From: Methanomicrobia archaeon
Lineage (GTDB): Archaea > Halobacteriota > Bog-38 > Methanoflorentales > Methanoflorentaceae
Direction of reading: 5' to 3'
Assembly (NCBI GenBank): GCA_015661395.1
Contig: JACWML010000010.1
Span: forward strand, 2,499-66,498
DNA length: 64,000 nt
Part shown: positions 21,815 to 31,010 of the stretch, piece by piece
How the letters are laid out: the number at the start of each line of letters is the position of its first letter
Position numbering within the stretch: position 1 is the first letter of the stretch
Position numbers and translations under genes: made by a program
The notes under the pieces: model-generated
Seen by the model: only the letters and a program-made list of their open reading frames with translations
Database searches by the model: none
What the model was told of the DNA's origin: nothing

Positions 21815-22522
21815 TTATGTCGGCTTGATCAAAGCGTACGCGACGTTGAGCAGCTGCATAATGAATACGACCGGTAGTTTGACCACGCCTTGCCATGTGG
21901 TAGGGGGTGGCGGCGTGCTGGCAATACGAGTGATTTTTTCATCAGCGCGCTTCGCTGCACGGGTTACCACAAGACTTACGATGACACCGAGGATGGCCCC
22001 TCCGATGACGTCGGTTACGTAGTGGAGGCCGAGGTAGACTCTGCTGAAGGCGACAAGTACGGCCCACACGAACAACGCGACACTGAACTTTCGGTGATAG
22101 GACGAGAGCGTAGTGGCGAAGGCAAAGGCGTTTGTGGTGTGACCACTTGGAAACGAGGGCTGGGCCTCTGGTGGTACGCCCAAATCGCTCGGCCGTGGGC
22201 GCGCAATGGCGTACTTCAGTCCGAACGCGAAAATATTCGCTGTTATGAAGACGAGCGCGAATACGAGCGCTTCTTTGCGGGCACCGGCGAGATAGAGCGC
22301 GATCGTGATGAGCACCATGAAGGTGATGCTGCCCGTGAACGTGACCCACCAAAATAGCGTATTGAGAAAGCCGCCGTCATTGAGTCCTCGGATGAAATGC
22401 GTGGCATTGTAGTCGAATCCGCCGAGATAGGCAGACGCTATCGGTGCATGGATAGGCGCCAAAAGAAGAAGCATCGTTGCAAAATGCATAGCGTCCGCTT
22501 TATAGTTTACGTAGGGCTCCAC
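21815..22522 (-). CDS. PAP2-superfamily membrane phosphatase
   Basis: All three PAP2 motifs are present: KYAIARPRP, PSGH, SRVYLGLHYVTDVIGG. Confidence 0.85.
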   Translation of the reverse strand: MEPYVNYKADAMHFATMLLLLAPIHAPIASAYLGGFDYNATHFIRGLNDGGFLNTLFWWVTFTGSITFMVLITIALYLAGARKEALVFALVFITANIFAFGLKYAIARPRPSDLGVPPEAQPSFPSGHTTNAFAFATTLSSYHRKFSVALFVWAVLVAFSRVYLGLHYVTDVIGGAILGVIVSLVVTRAAKRADEKITRIASTPPPPTTWQGVVKLPVVFIMQLLNVAYALIKPT

Positions 22523-22807
22523 GCGAGATCGTAGCGTGTGTCTTTTATTGACAGATGAGAGTCGGCGCGGCCAAAAAGCAGCTCCTCACGCGGAAGCTGG
22601 ACGAGCGGATTATGAAGACGGAATCCAAGATCGAGTACGTGCAGCACAAGGTCAAGACCTCGGAGATGACGAAGATGTGGATGGAGAAGATGTCAGCGCC
22701 AACGGCGTAACTGTCATTTAGCTTGTATACGATCTTCGGCCGTCAGCACAGCAGATGACGAAATGTAACCCGAGGGAGGATTTTTTCCTCCCTAAAGGTC
22801 AAGGTAT

Positions 22808-23545
22808 TTAGAGTCGTTTTGCAATCTCAGGCCAGTCTTTGCCTTTCGTGAGGAAGCTCCCTTCGACGTTTGCCTCCATCTCGACGAACCGCTTGAAGGG
22901 CACGCTAAAGGACAGTACGTTTTTATCGAGGTACTTGCGTGCGGTAATGTCGGTGAGGCCGATGACGGCCTTTGGCCTTTCCGCGCGCGCCTGATCGAGC
23001 ACTTGCATCACCAGGCTTTGGCATCCAGAACCGAACAACGTCGAGACGTTATCGTTGGTCGCTCGGTCGAAGTTCGCCAGGGTCGCGAGCGCTGACAGCT
23101 GGTCGGCGTTCGCAACGAAGACGACGATTGCAGTCTCGGCAATTTCGCCGTCGGTGACCTCGCTGAGCGGTTTCATCACCACGTAGCGCGTCGGCAGGGT
23201 GATCTCGGGGAGGTTCGCAATGAACTCGCGCACGAGCTCAGGGGTTTTCTTCCGGTATTCGCCCTCAAACTGCCCCTCCTTTCCGGTTGACAGGAAGTAG
23301 TCGATGTAGCCCAGCTGATAGGGGCCGAAGCAGAGCCCCACCTGCCCGCCCGGGCAGAGGACAGTCTCTTTTTCGAGCACTGCTGTGCGCCCGTTCATAG
23401 CGGCGACGAACAACGGAATGATGCAGCGGTTCTTTTGTCCGCCGTCTTCCGTGAACTCCAACGCGTTTTCGGGCTTGTGATCGGTCAGCAGAATGGCGAC
23501 GGGCCCGCCGTGCAGCCTGATGGCTTCAGCGATTTTACTGTGCAT
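22808..23545 (-). CDS. DUF169-family protein (COG2043-like)
   Basis: About 245 aa with a composition and length typical of methanogen DUF169 proteins. The assignment is from memory of the family, not a motif. Confidence 0.45.
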   Translation of the reverse strand: MHSKIAEAIRLHGGPVAILLTDHKPENALEFTEDGGQKNRCIIPLFVAAMNGRTAVLEKETVLCPGGQVGLCFGPYQLGYIDYFLSTGKEGQFEGEYRKKTPELVREFIANLPEITLPTRYVVMKPLSEVTDGEIAETAIVVFVANADQLSALATLANFDRATNDNVSTLFGSGCQSLVMQVLDQARAERPKAVIGLTDITARKYLDKNVLSFSVPFKRFVEMEANVEGSFLTKGKDWPEIAKRL

Positions 23546-23688
23546 ATGTGCTCATTCCTAAATTTAGTTGCTTTTCAGCGTATATACTTTTCACGCGAAT
23601 TTGTTGATATGTGTAGCCTACGCCGCAAATGAGCTATGTCGACGACGTATCGAGTTTCCCATCCGTTGCGCAGCAATCGTGCGCCCCC

Positions 23689-24276
23689 TCACTCCTTCGA
23701 GATGGACGAGAGCCAGGCGTGGATGCCATCGGTCAGTCGTCGGCTTTCCATCCGTGCGGGTCTAATGTAATTGATGTGCCACATGCGATCGAACGCGTTC
23801 CTGATGTCACTTTGCGTAACCCGCCGCGGACCGTATGAGCCAGGTTCCAATTCGCTGAAACAAAGCATGAAATAGGTCCCGTAGCGGTGAAGAACGCTTG
23901 TAAGATTAGTGACAAACCGGGGACGTTCTTCGTCGTTCAACACGTGAAACAATCCTGAGTCGATGACGGTATCGAATGTCCTCTCTAGGGTGCGCAGTTC
24001 CAGTGCGTTCCGCGTGAGAAACGTCACGTTGAGATTGCGTTCCGTCGCTTTATACCGCGCTTTCTCGACCGCGATAGGAGTGAAATCAACGCCCCACACG
24101 TCATGCCCTTTTGCGGCAAGAAATAGCGCGTTTTCTCCAGTCCCGCATCCGACGTCAAGGACGGATCCAACGATTTCACCAGCCTCCTCGAGCTGCACGA
24201 ACTCCTTCTGCGGACGGCCGATGTCCCACGGCGGTGCATCGTAGTAGATGGAGCTAAAGTCGACCATGCACACCAC
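23689..24276 (-). CDS. class I SAM-dependent methyltransferase (TPMT/TehB-like)
   Basis: Motif I VLDVGCGTGENALFLA. The preceding PPWDIGRPQ is reminiscent of the thiopurine/tellurite methyltransferase clade. Confidence 0.8.
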   Translation of the reverse strand: MVCMVDFSSIYYDAPPWDIGRPQKEFVQLEEAGEIVGSVLDVGCGTGENALFLAAKGHDVWGVDFTPIAVEKARYKATERNLNVTFLTRNALELRTLERTFDTVIDSGLFHVLNDEERPRFVTNLTSVLHRYGTYFMLCFSELEPGSYGPRRVTQSDIRNAFDRMWHINYIRPARMESRRLTDGIHAWLSSISKE

Positions 24277-24370
24277 GGTCTATAGCAGAGACACTATAAA
24301 GGTACGCTTGCCGCACATCTGAAACGTTAATACTAGGCGAGAACATACCGCACACAATTGAGGTATTATA

Positions 24371-25036
24371 ATGAAGATTGTTGGAATAAGCAGCAGTCCC
24401 CGCAGGAAGAACAGCCGAACCATGAAACTCGTCGAGGCTGTTCTTGACGGTGCACAAACGCAGGGAGCAGAGATCGAACTCGTCGATATCTGCGCGTTAG
24501 ACATCAACTATTGTATTGGATGCCAGGTGTGTTTCGCAAAAGGCGAGTGTGTTCAAGCGGATGATCTCGACGAATTGGTGGGCAAGATGCTCAGCGCCGA
24601 CGGCATCGTGCTCGGGTCGCCTGTGTACATCAACAGCGTGACCGCGCAACTTAAGACGGTGATCGATCGCATGGCCGATGCCATTCATTGTCAGCTGTTT
24701 TCGGGTAAATATGGCTGTGCCGTGACCACATCCGGAGGTTCCGGTACTGCAGACGTGCTGGGCTACATGAACTATTTCCTGAATGAACTAGGCGTCGTGA
24801 CGGTAGGGGAGGTCGGCGTTGCCCTTGGCAGGAATCCCGCTGCGCTTGATGCTGCCATTAACGAGGCTTCCAAGCTCGGAACGACGCTGGCAGAATCGAT
24901 CCAAACAAAGCGTGCCTATCCGGCGCAGGAGAAGGAGATCGCAGAGAGAAGAGCGTTTTTCGTGCGGCTAATCGAGGCAAACAGGGAGGAGTGGGCGCAC
25001 CAGTATGAGTATTGGATGGAGAAGGGTTGGATGTGA
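24371..25036 (+). CDS. iron-sulfur flavoprotein (ISF family, NADPH-dependent FMN reductase fold)
   Basis: Flavodoxin-like N-terminus (KIVGISSSPRRKNSRT), the compact Cys cluster CIGCQVCFAKGEC that characterises methanogen Isf proteins, and a GSPVY FMN-binding loop. Confidence 0.75.
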   Translation: MKIVGISSSPRRKNSRTMKLVEAVLDGAQTQGAEIELVDICALDINYCIGCQVCFAKGECVQADDLDELVGKMLSADGIVLGSPVYINSVTAQLKTVIDRMADAIHCQLFSGKYGCAVTTSGGSGTADVLGYMNYFLNELGVVTVGEVGVALGRNPAALDAAINEASKLGTTLAESIQTKRAYPAQEKEIAERRAFFVRLIEANREEWAHQYEYWMEKGWM

Positions 25037-25146
25037 AATGCCACGTACGACCAGGAGCGCGTTGAGGGGCCGATGCTTGTGCTTCATGACCTTCATTTCC
25101 AGAAAAAGTTTAAGCCGATCAAGGAGAAAGGGGGTATTCCAAATAA

Positions 25147-25347
25147 GTGATAGCCATGACGAAAAAAGCGGAATTATACTCGAGGAGAAGAGAGATGTAC
25201 CGCTTGTACATCGCTAAGTTGAACATGTCAGACATCCTCGAGAAGCTTTCTGCCAAGTATCGCGTATCCAAACGGGCGCTGTGCATGGATTGGCGGAAGC
25301 GGACCCAGTGGGTATACGACGTCTTTGACCTCGAGCGCGCGTCGTGA
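25147..25347 (+). CDS. small HTH-like protein, paralog A (66 aa)
   Basis: MTKKAELYSRRREMYRLYIAKLNMSDILEKLSAKYRVSKRALCMDWRKR has a helix-turn-helix-like pattern resembling IS OrfA / terminase-small-type N-termini. It is about 75% identical at the DNA level to the copy at 26348. Confidence 0.45.
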   Translation: MIAMTKKAELYSRRREMYRLYIAKLNMSDILEKLSAKYRVSKRALCMDWRKRTQWVYDVFDLERAS

Positions 25348-25872
25348 CCCGTCAAATGCTGCCGTTGCGCGACAGTGTGCGGCTGCTATTATAGTCTCCT
25401 AACTAGTGTTGTCGGAGCTGCGGGTTCACGCGACGCAATCGCGGGACGCTCAACGTTTTTCTAAGGGTTAACGTGCATGTTTTTTTAGGCGCTAGCTTTT
25501 TTGCGTACGTCGAGCACGTGTATCCATTGACGTTGGCTGGCGTGCGAGGATCACCGACTGTGATACGCATTCGTGACTCTTGCTCAGCGAAGCGACGTGG
25601 ACTTTGAAAATTATCGACGTATGAAAAATTTTAGAGGTCAAATAAAAACAAACTGGGCACGAAACCAGTTGGAAACTAGTTTCGCACGCATCAAAGATAA
25701 GCTAGGTCATTAATGTTGTTGCAGGGCTATGGAAGCACCATCATTTACGATACAGGATTGGGGTGCATCCGGGAGCCCTCTGCCGAGGCCATCCACGTGG
25801 CTTCCAGTGCAGATGGGGGAATGGAGGTGAGACTACACGAAGAAACGCACGATAGCAGTCACCGTTCTCGTT

Positions 25873-26226
25873 GTGCTGATAGCGTCCGTGGGGTTCGCGG
25901 GAGCGGTCTATGCGCAGACGACGAATGCTACAACCAACACCACTTCAACGGCTTCAAGCAGCACGAGCAGCACAAGTGGGCCCCTCGGGCCGCTCCTCGG
26001 ACCGTTGCTCGGCACGCCAAATCAGAACACGAATCTCAACACCGTCTGCCACAACAGAGCAGTGAGGCACGAGCTGATGACGTGGTACAAGCAACTTCCC
26101 ACCGACCAGAAGAACGCCCTGCAGAACGACCTCAAACAGGCGGTGACCAACTGGTATAATCAGTTGCCATCCGATCAGCAGGCCAAGCTGCAGAGCATAG
26201 TGAACCAGACAAGCCAAGCGCAGTAG
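25873..26226 (+). CDS. small secreted protein with WY(K/N)QLP(T/S)DQ repeats. The start is uncertain.
   Basis: The in-frame upstream extension from 25831 (DYTKKRTIAVTVLVVLIASVGFAGAVYAQ) is a textbook signal peptide, but no ATG exists in that frame and the first GTG is at 25873. The repeats are WYKQLPTDQKNALQNDLKQAVTNWYNQLPSDQQAKLQ. Confidence 0.45.
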   Translation: MLIASVGFAGAVYAQTTNATTNTTSTASSSTSSTSGPLGPLLGPLLGTPNQNTNLNTVCHNRAVRHELMTWYKQLPTDQKNALQNDLKQAVTNWYNQLPSDQQAKLQSIVNQTSQAQ

Positions 26227-26347
26227 AGAAAAAATGAGGTGAGGGGCGTCAGTGCCATACTTCCCCCCTTGAGCTCTAAAGGATCCCCTCGCCTCTTCTC
26301 ACTTTATTCCCCCTTTTTTTTAAATTGCAACGGCACGAGGTAATGAA

Positions 26348-26593
26348 ATGCCGCAAAGGGAGGCCGCGACGAAAAAAATGGAACTCTACTCGAGGAGACG
26401 GGAGATGTATCGTCTCCAGATCGCTGAACTGCACATATCGGAGATTATCGACAGGCTCTCGGTGAAATACCGCGTATCGAAGCGGGACCTGTGGGAGGAT
26501 TGGCAGAAGCGGGCCAGTGGGTGTACAACGTCTTTGACCTCGAGCCGGCTCAGGTGCCGCGGTCGACGTGATGCGACTGTCGCGCGACGTTGA
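26348..26593 (+). CDS. small HTH-like protein, paralog B. Its C-terminus is shifted by a 1-nt indel relative to paralog A.
   Basis: KKMELYSRRREMYRLQIAELHISEIIDRLSVKYRVSKRDLWEDWQKR matches paralog A. After QKR, the DNA gggccagtgg (versus ggacccagtgg in A) changes the frame and gives a 20-aa unrelated tail. Confidence 0.4.
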   Translation: MPQREAATKKMELYSRRREMYRLQIAELHISEIIDRLSVKYRVSKRDLWEDWQKRASGCTTSLTSSRLRCRGRRDATVARR

Positions 26594-26634
26594 AAACTTC
26601 TCTGTGTTAACCGGCTGCTATTGGAGGTTTGAAA

Positions 26635-26784
26635 ATGCCTGACGATTGGGAATTAAGGTATGCGATAGTGATGGAAGAAACATTTGAGAACCTTGCTGCC
26701 TTCACGTCCTCCCTTGCCTACGCAGAAATGGATTCAGCGCGTATAAATGACTTGCCTACGCAAGATAACACGCGGCAAGAATGA
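26635..26784 (+). CDS. possible small acidic protein (49 aa) with a GGAGGT SD-like motif 7 nt upstream
   Basis: ggaggtttgaaaATG. Too short for the ORF track. No homology recognisable. Confidence 0.25.
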   Translation: MPDDWELRYAIVMEETFENLAAFTSSLAYAEMDSARINDLPTQDNTRQE

Positions 26785-26977
26785 AATAAAAATTTGCAGG
26801 ACGTGATCATATAACTTCCGATTGGCCGAAGTGTCGAGTCGCAGTCTCACCGAATCGAAACCTAGGAGTAATTGATGCGCAATTCGGGAAAGAATAAGCA
26901 AGTGCCTCGTCTTTGCTTCGCTCAAGGAGCTTGCAACTGGCAAAGATTATTATCCGATGCAAGAGATTGCTACGTGA

Positions 26978-27751
26978 TTGTTGGTAGGACTTGATGTTAT
27001 GAAATGGCTTCGCGCAATACCTATTTTATGCGTTCTGCTACTGTTGTCGGTTGCGACCGCAGGATGCACAGCTAGTCTAAACCCGCCCTATATTCAATTT
27101 AACTCCTCCCAATCCTCGACAGGAACCCCGGCAGGAATCAACGCGCAGGGGACCACTAACGGAACCGCGCATATGCTTGCCGTGGAGCAAACGAGCGACA
27201 ACAGCTACTCAGGGGCCGTGTCTAACGTTGTCGTATATACGCAAGCTGGGACGGGCCACGTCTTTGTTGAGACCCAGCCGGCGACGGGCGTCGATTTTCA
27301 AGAGACCGCGAGAACTGTAGTAACCGTTGCAGCTGAGCGCGCTACCGTCAACGCAAATCAGCGAGATTTTGAATTCGTGGTAAGCGTGCCTAAGGGTGTT
27401 GACGAGGTAGATGGGCCAAGCGCTGGTCTTCCCATGACAATCGCAACATACGCGGCGATAATGAAGAAGCCGACCAATGAGTACGTCTATAGCACCGGAA
27501 CCGTTGACAGCAGCGGAGCGGTAGGCGATGTCGGTGGCGTTTTATATAAGGCAGAGGCAGCAGCACAAAATGGCGCTCGGGTCATCCTCGTCCCCTACGA
27601 TCAAACCGTCGTAAGCACTACTTCTCCGCTCGAAACAAACCCGACAACAGGGCTCGTAAACTTACAATCGCAGCTGAGTCACGACGGTTATAACGTGACG
27701 GTCGTCGGGGTAAAAACCGTCGACGATGCGTTACCCTACTACTTCAGTTGA
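26978..27751 (+). CDS. lipoprotein with a Lon-like (S16) serine protease domain and no ATPase module
   Basis: Signal peptide plus lipobox (LLLSVATAGC). Catalytic Ser motif VDGPSAGLPM and downstream GTVDSSGAVGDVGGVLYKAEAAAQNGARVILVP, with the Lys of the Ser-Lys dyad, match the Lon proteolytic domain. Confidence 0.7.
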   Translation: MLVGLDVMKWLRAIPILCVLLLLSVATAGCTASLNPPYIQFNSSQSSTGTPAGINAQGTTNGTAHMLAVEQTSDNSYSGAVSNVVVYTQAGTGHVFVETQPATGVDFQETARTVVTVAAERATVNANQRDFEFVVSVPKGVDEVDGPSAGLPMTIATYAAIMKKPTNEYVYSTGTVDSSGAVGDVGGVLYKAEAAAQNGARVILVPYDQTVVSTTSPLETNPTTGLVNLQSQLSHDGYNVTVVGVKTVDDALPYYFS

Positions 27752-27790
27752 AATGGTTGGCGCGCGCTAAGCCATCGAGGTAAACAAGAA

Positions 27791-28234
27791 ATGGAAGCCG
27801 TACTCAAACGGCGTCTAGAATTACTTATCACTTTGCTCGTTGTAGGAGTCGTGGCGGGAGCTGCCCTCGTCGTCCTCGGAGCAGAGAACGCCATACCAGG
27901 GACCAGCAATGGTTACATCAGCGTCGTTAAACCGCCACAGACGTCGCAATCGGCAGATCAACAGGCCCAGCAGCAAGCGCAATATGAAGCGCGCGTGAAG
28001 AGCCTCCTTGCGATCGCAGTGAAGGACGTGCGCGTGAACGCGTCCGTCGCCGGAAAGAACTATACCGTCGTGGGCATTCTCAGCTCGCCTCCCTCTTCGT
28101 CCGGTGCGCCTAGCATCGATTCTCTGGTGCTGCGAGTCGGGGGCAAGTTTTACAAGATCAACATCGATATAGCGCATGAGAATGTAATCTCTGTGGAGGA
28201 GCGCATCTGCTACGGTCCGGCGTGCAATGACTAG
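27791..28234 (+). CDS. membrane-anchored hypothetical protein
   Basis: N-terminal TM (LLITLLVVGVVAGAALVVL), a Gln-rich linker (QQAQQQAQYEA) and a C-terminal domain with CYGPAC. Confidence 0.5.
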   Translation: MEAVLKRRLELLITLLVVGVVAGAALVVLGAENAIPGTSNGYISVVKPPQTSQSADQQAQQQAQYEARVKSLLAIAVKDVRVNASVAGKNYTVVGILSSPPSSSGAPSIDSLVLRVGGKFYKINIDIAHENVISVEERICYGPACND

Positions 28235-28263
28235 CCTTAGGCCGCACGACGCGAGGCACAGTT

Positions 28264-28774
28264 ATGGTGGGGGGGGGAATTCGAGGAAAGACACTCTTTG
28301 CGGCAGCTGTTTTTATTGCCTCGGTGCTCGTGCTCGCGCTCAAGTTGCTCAATCCTACGCCGGTGCAAATCCTCGTTGAGGGCAATACTGCCATTACGAC
28401 TCAGGTCCCCGGGCTATTCACCTACGCCGATGTGCTCGTAATCGCTGTTGCGCTCGTTCTTATGAGCGTGAGCGGCACGTACATCTTGCTGCACGACTCA
28501 ACCACCCCTGCGGCTGCTGCGCCTGCGTCCGCCGGGGGACGTAATCCTCGAAGAACGTCGGCAGCGGTGGGAAGAGGTTGCCAGAACGCTTAAAGACGAT
28601 GAGCAGACCCTCTTCAAAGCAATTATCGACGAGGGAATCGTTCACCAGAGCGAACTGGTCGAAAAGACCGGCCTTCCGAAATCCAACGTCAGCAGAGCGC
28701 TCTACGGGCTGGAGAGCAGGGGCCTCATCGAGCGTAGGCGGCGCGGGATGGGAAATGTGGTGTTGCTTAAGTAA
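28264..28774 (+). pseudogene. membrane-tethered winged-helix transcription regulator (2 TM N-terminus + C-terminal wHTH), interrupted by a +1 frameshift in a G5 run at ~28534-28538
   Basis: Frame 1 gives the two TM helices and ends ...PASAGGRNPRRTSAAVGRGCQNA*. Frame 2 from the same point gives VILEERRQRWEEVARTLKDDEQTLFKAIIDEGIVHQSELVEKTGLPKSNVSRALYGLESRGLIERRRRGMGNVVLLK*, a clean MarR/PadR-like wHTH with no start codon of its own. Removing one G from gccgggggac joins them. Confidence 0.5.
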
Positions 28775-28998
28775 CAGCTCGTCAGTTACCATTCACGGCC
28801 GGTAGCTGCCCCTCGGGTGCGTGGTTTCCCGCACCAGCTCGTGTGGTGCACGGATAAAAACGTTGTCTATAGTTCTTTTTCTTCAAAACCTCACAAGTGG
28901 CAGGCAGCTCGACCGCTTGACGTGCAATCGTAGCTCGGTTTTGAGCGCAAAGGAGTGTACCTTCCAGTATGTCCCATCATCATCCGCGCCGCTTCGCC

Positions 28999-29379
28999 CT
29001 AGGGTGACCTATCTTTAGTATTCAAGAATCGAGGGAAAAACATTGGGGCGGTGCTTTTGTATACCAGATAACGCTCGCCAAAAATCCGCTCTAAATCACT
29101 TTCTTCGCTTCTGGCGATCCAATAGAGAACGCAGACGCAGGTAAAGGCCCAGATGAGTGCGAGCACGCCCCGCGAGAGCATAGCGACTCCAACGATCATG
29201 AAGATGAATCCGAGGTATATGGGATTCCTTGTTTTGGCATAAACGCCGGAGGCTACGAGGCCCTTAATGTGATATGTGGAGGGAATCTCCTTGAACGCTA
29301 AGATGCGCATCGCTACCCCGACGAGCAGCAGCGCGCCACCAGTTGCTTCTAGAGCGAGCGATCGGAACGAGGAGATCAT
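28999..29379 (-). CDS. isoprenylcysteine carboxyl methyltransferase (ICMT/PEMT) family membrane methyltransferase
   Basis: 3 TM helices plus the family C-terminal block (NPIYLGFIFMIVG...EESDLERIFGERYLVYKSTAPMFFP). An upstream out-of-frame ORF (29264..29473, MMRKTPSPRSRRLVVGIALLALGWASIVLSG) supplies a plausible missing first TM. Skipping one nt near 29388 would fuse them into a ~190-aa protein of normal family length. Confidence 0.6.
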   Translation of the reverse strand: MISSFRSLALEATGGALLLVGVAMRILAFKEIPSTYHIKGLVASGVYAKTRNPIYLGFIFMIVGVAMLSRGVLALIWAFTCVCVLYWIARSEESDLERIFGERYLVYKSTAPMFFPRFLNTKDRSP

Positions 29380-29565
29380 ATCCGCTCAACACGATGCTTG
29401 CCCAGCCGAGTGCCAGCAGCGCGATTCCCACAACTAGTCGCCTGCTCCGCGGAGAGGGCGTTTTTCTCATCATTCAGCCCAAGATTGGGCTATTTATGAG
29501 GGCTGCTTACGGGCTTTCAGATCCACGTGCGAGCTGGGACAGAGGCGCGGCCTACTGCATCACCA

Positions 29566-31010
29566 TCACAGGTGGAGCCCTTGAGCCACGCGTGCTCCGA
29601 GTTCGCTGTCTGCCTCGATAAAGTGATCCACCATGCGCTCCTGCATTGGTTTGTCGGCCTTCTCGAGTGAGTCGACAATGTTGTCGATCAGATGGTCTTG
29701 ATCGATCGTGCTGAGCGATCGGTACCTGTCGCCCGCTTGTGCGAAATCGTTCTTGAGGCTAATCTTTCGGCGAGTGACGTCCCCCTCGATCCGCTCCATG
29801 GACGTCGGGCCGGCAGGCGCTGCCTCCGGCGTGCCACCAGCGAGAGTGTTCGGTTCGTAGTTTACCGCTCCACGGAACGATCCTGATTGCATTGCGCCGT
29901 CGCGCTGGTCGTTCTCAACCGGTGCGTGCGGACTATTGATGGCGAGCTGTAGATAATTGGGCCCAAGGCGATGTCGCTGGGTGTCCGCGTACGAGAAGAC
30001 ACGGCCTTGCAGCAGCTTGTCAGCAGACGGTTCGATACCCGGAACGATGGCGCCGGGCGAGAACGCGGCCTGTTCTGTTTCTGCGAAGTAGTTCTCGGGG
30101 TTCCGATTCAGAACTATCTTGCCTACCGACATCAGCGGGAAGGTATCCTCGGGCCACGTCTTGGTTGCGTCAAGAGGGTCGAAGTCCTGTTTCAACTCGT
30201 CGACGATATCCATCAGCTGCACCTTGAGTTCGTACTCCGCCTCGCCTCCGTTTGCGATCGTATCCCAGAGGTCCCGAGTGAGGTAATCAGGGTCGGTCCC
30301 TGCCAAAGCTGTAGCTTTATGACGGTCAAGTGATTGGACGCCCAGCTTCGGCTTCCAGTGATACTTCACATAGCGCGCTTCCCCCGCTGCGTTGATCCAC
30401 TTGTAGGTGTTGACGCCAAATCCTTCCATCGTCCGGTAGCTCTTAGGCGTCCCGCGGTCCGAAAACAGCCAGGCGATCATGTGTGTCGACTCGGGCGTCA
30501 GGGAGATGAAATCCCAAAAGCGACTGTTTGCGGAGGAGCTCGTCGGGATGTTCGAGTCTGGCGCGGGCTTGAACGAGTGCACCATATCAGGAAACTTGAG
30601 GGCATCGCGGATGAAGAAAACAGGCAGGTTGTTTCCCACTAGGTCGTAATTTCCTTCTTCGGTGTAGAACTTGACTGCAAACCCTCGCGGGTCGTGCGCT
30701 GTGTCCGCAGATCCCCGAGCGCCGACGACCGTTGAAAAACGAACGAAGACGGGCGTCTGCGTTTCCGGATCCTGGAGGAACTTCGCACAGGTATACGGGG
30801 CCATGCTTTGGTAGACTTGGAAGTAGCCGTGGGCCCCGCCCCTTTCGCGTGTACGACGCGCTCCGGGATGCGCTCGCGGTCGAAGTGCGCGAGCTTTTCG
30901 ATCAGATGCACGTCTTGCAGCAAGACTGGTCCACGCTCACCGACGGTCAGTGAACTTTGGTTATCGGTGACGGGAACGCCTTGATTCGTGGTGAGGTGTT
31001 TGTCGCTCAT
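29566..31010 (-). pseudogene. katA: monofunctional haem catalase (KatA/KatE clade), split by a 1-nt indel in a G/C homopolymer at ~30831-30842
   Basis: N-terminal frame (30639..31010) reads [59 protein letters not shown] then goes out of frame. C-terminal frame (29566..30804) reads ...[64 protein letters not shown]... Adding one C to gggcccc restores [13 protein letters not shown], the canonical catalase motif. Confidence 0.8.

Noticed and set aside
22555-22710. 51-aa Lys-rich ORF (MRVGAAKKQLLTRK...), overlapping a 61-aa acidic ORF in another frame
   Set aside because: Two mutually exclusive small ORFs, neither with a promoter or RBS at a sensible distance nor any homology. Left uncalled.
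25650-25690. Apparent palindrome gggcacgaaaccagttggaaactagtttcgcac
   Set aside because: On checking, the arms are not reverse complements (gcacgaaac versus gtttcgcac). Only the inner aaactagttt is self-complementary. Probably not a structured element.
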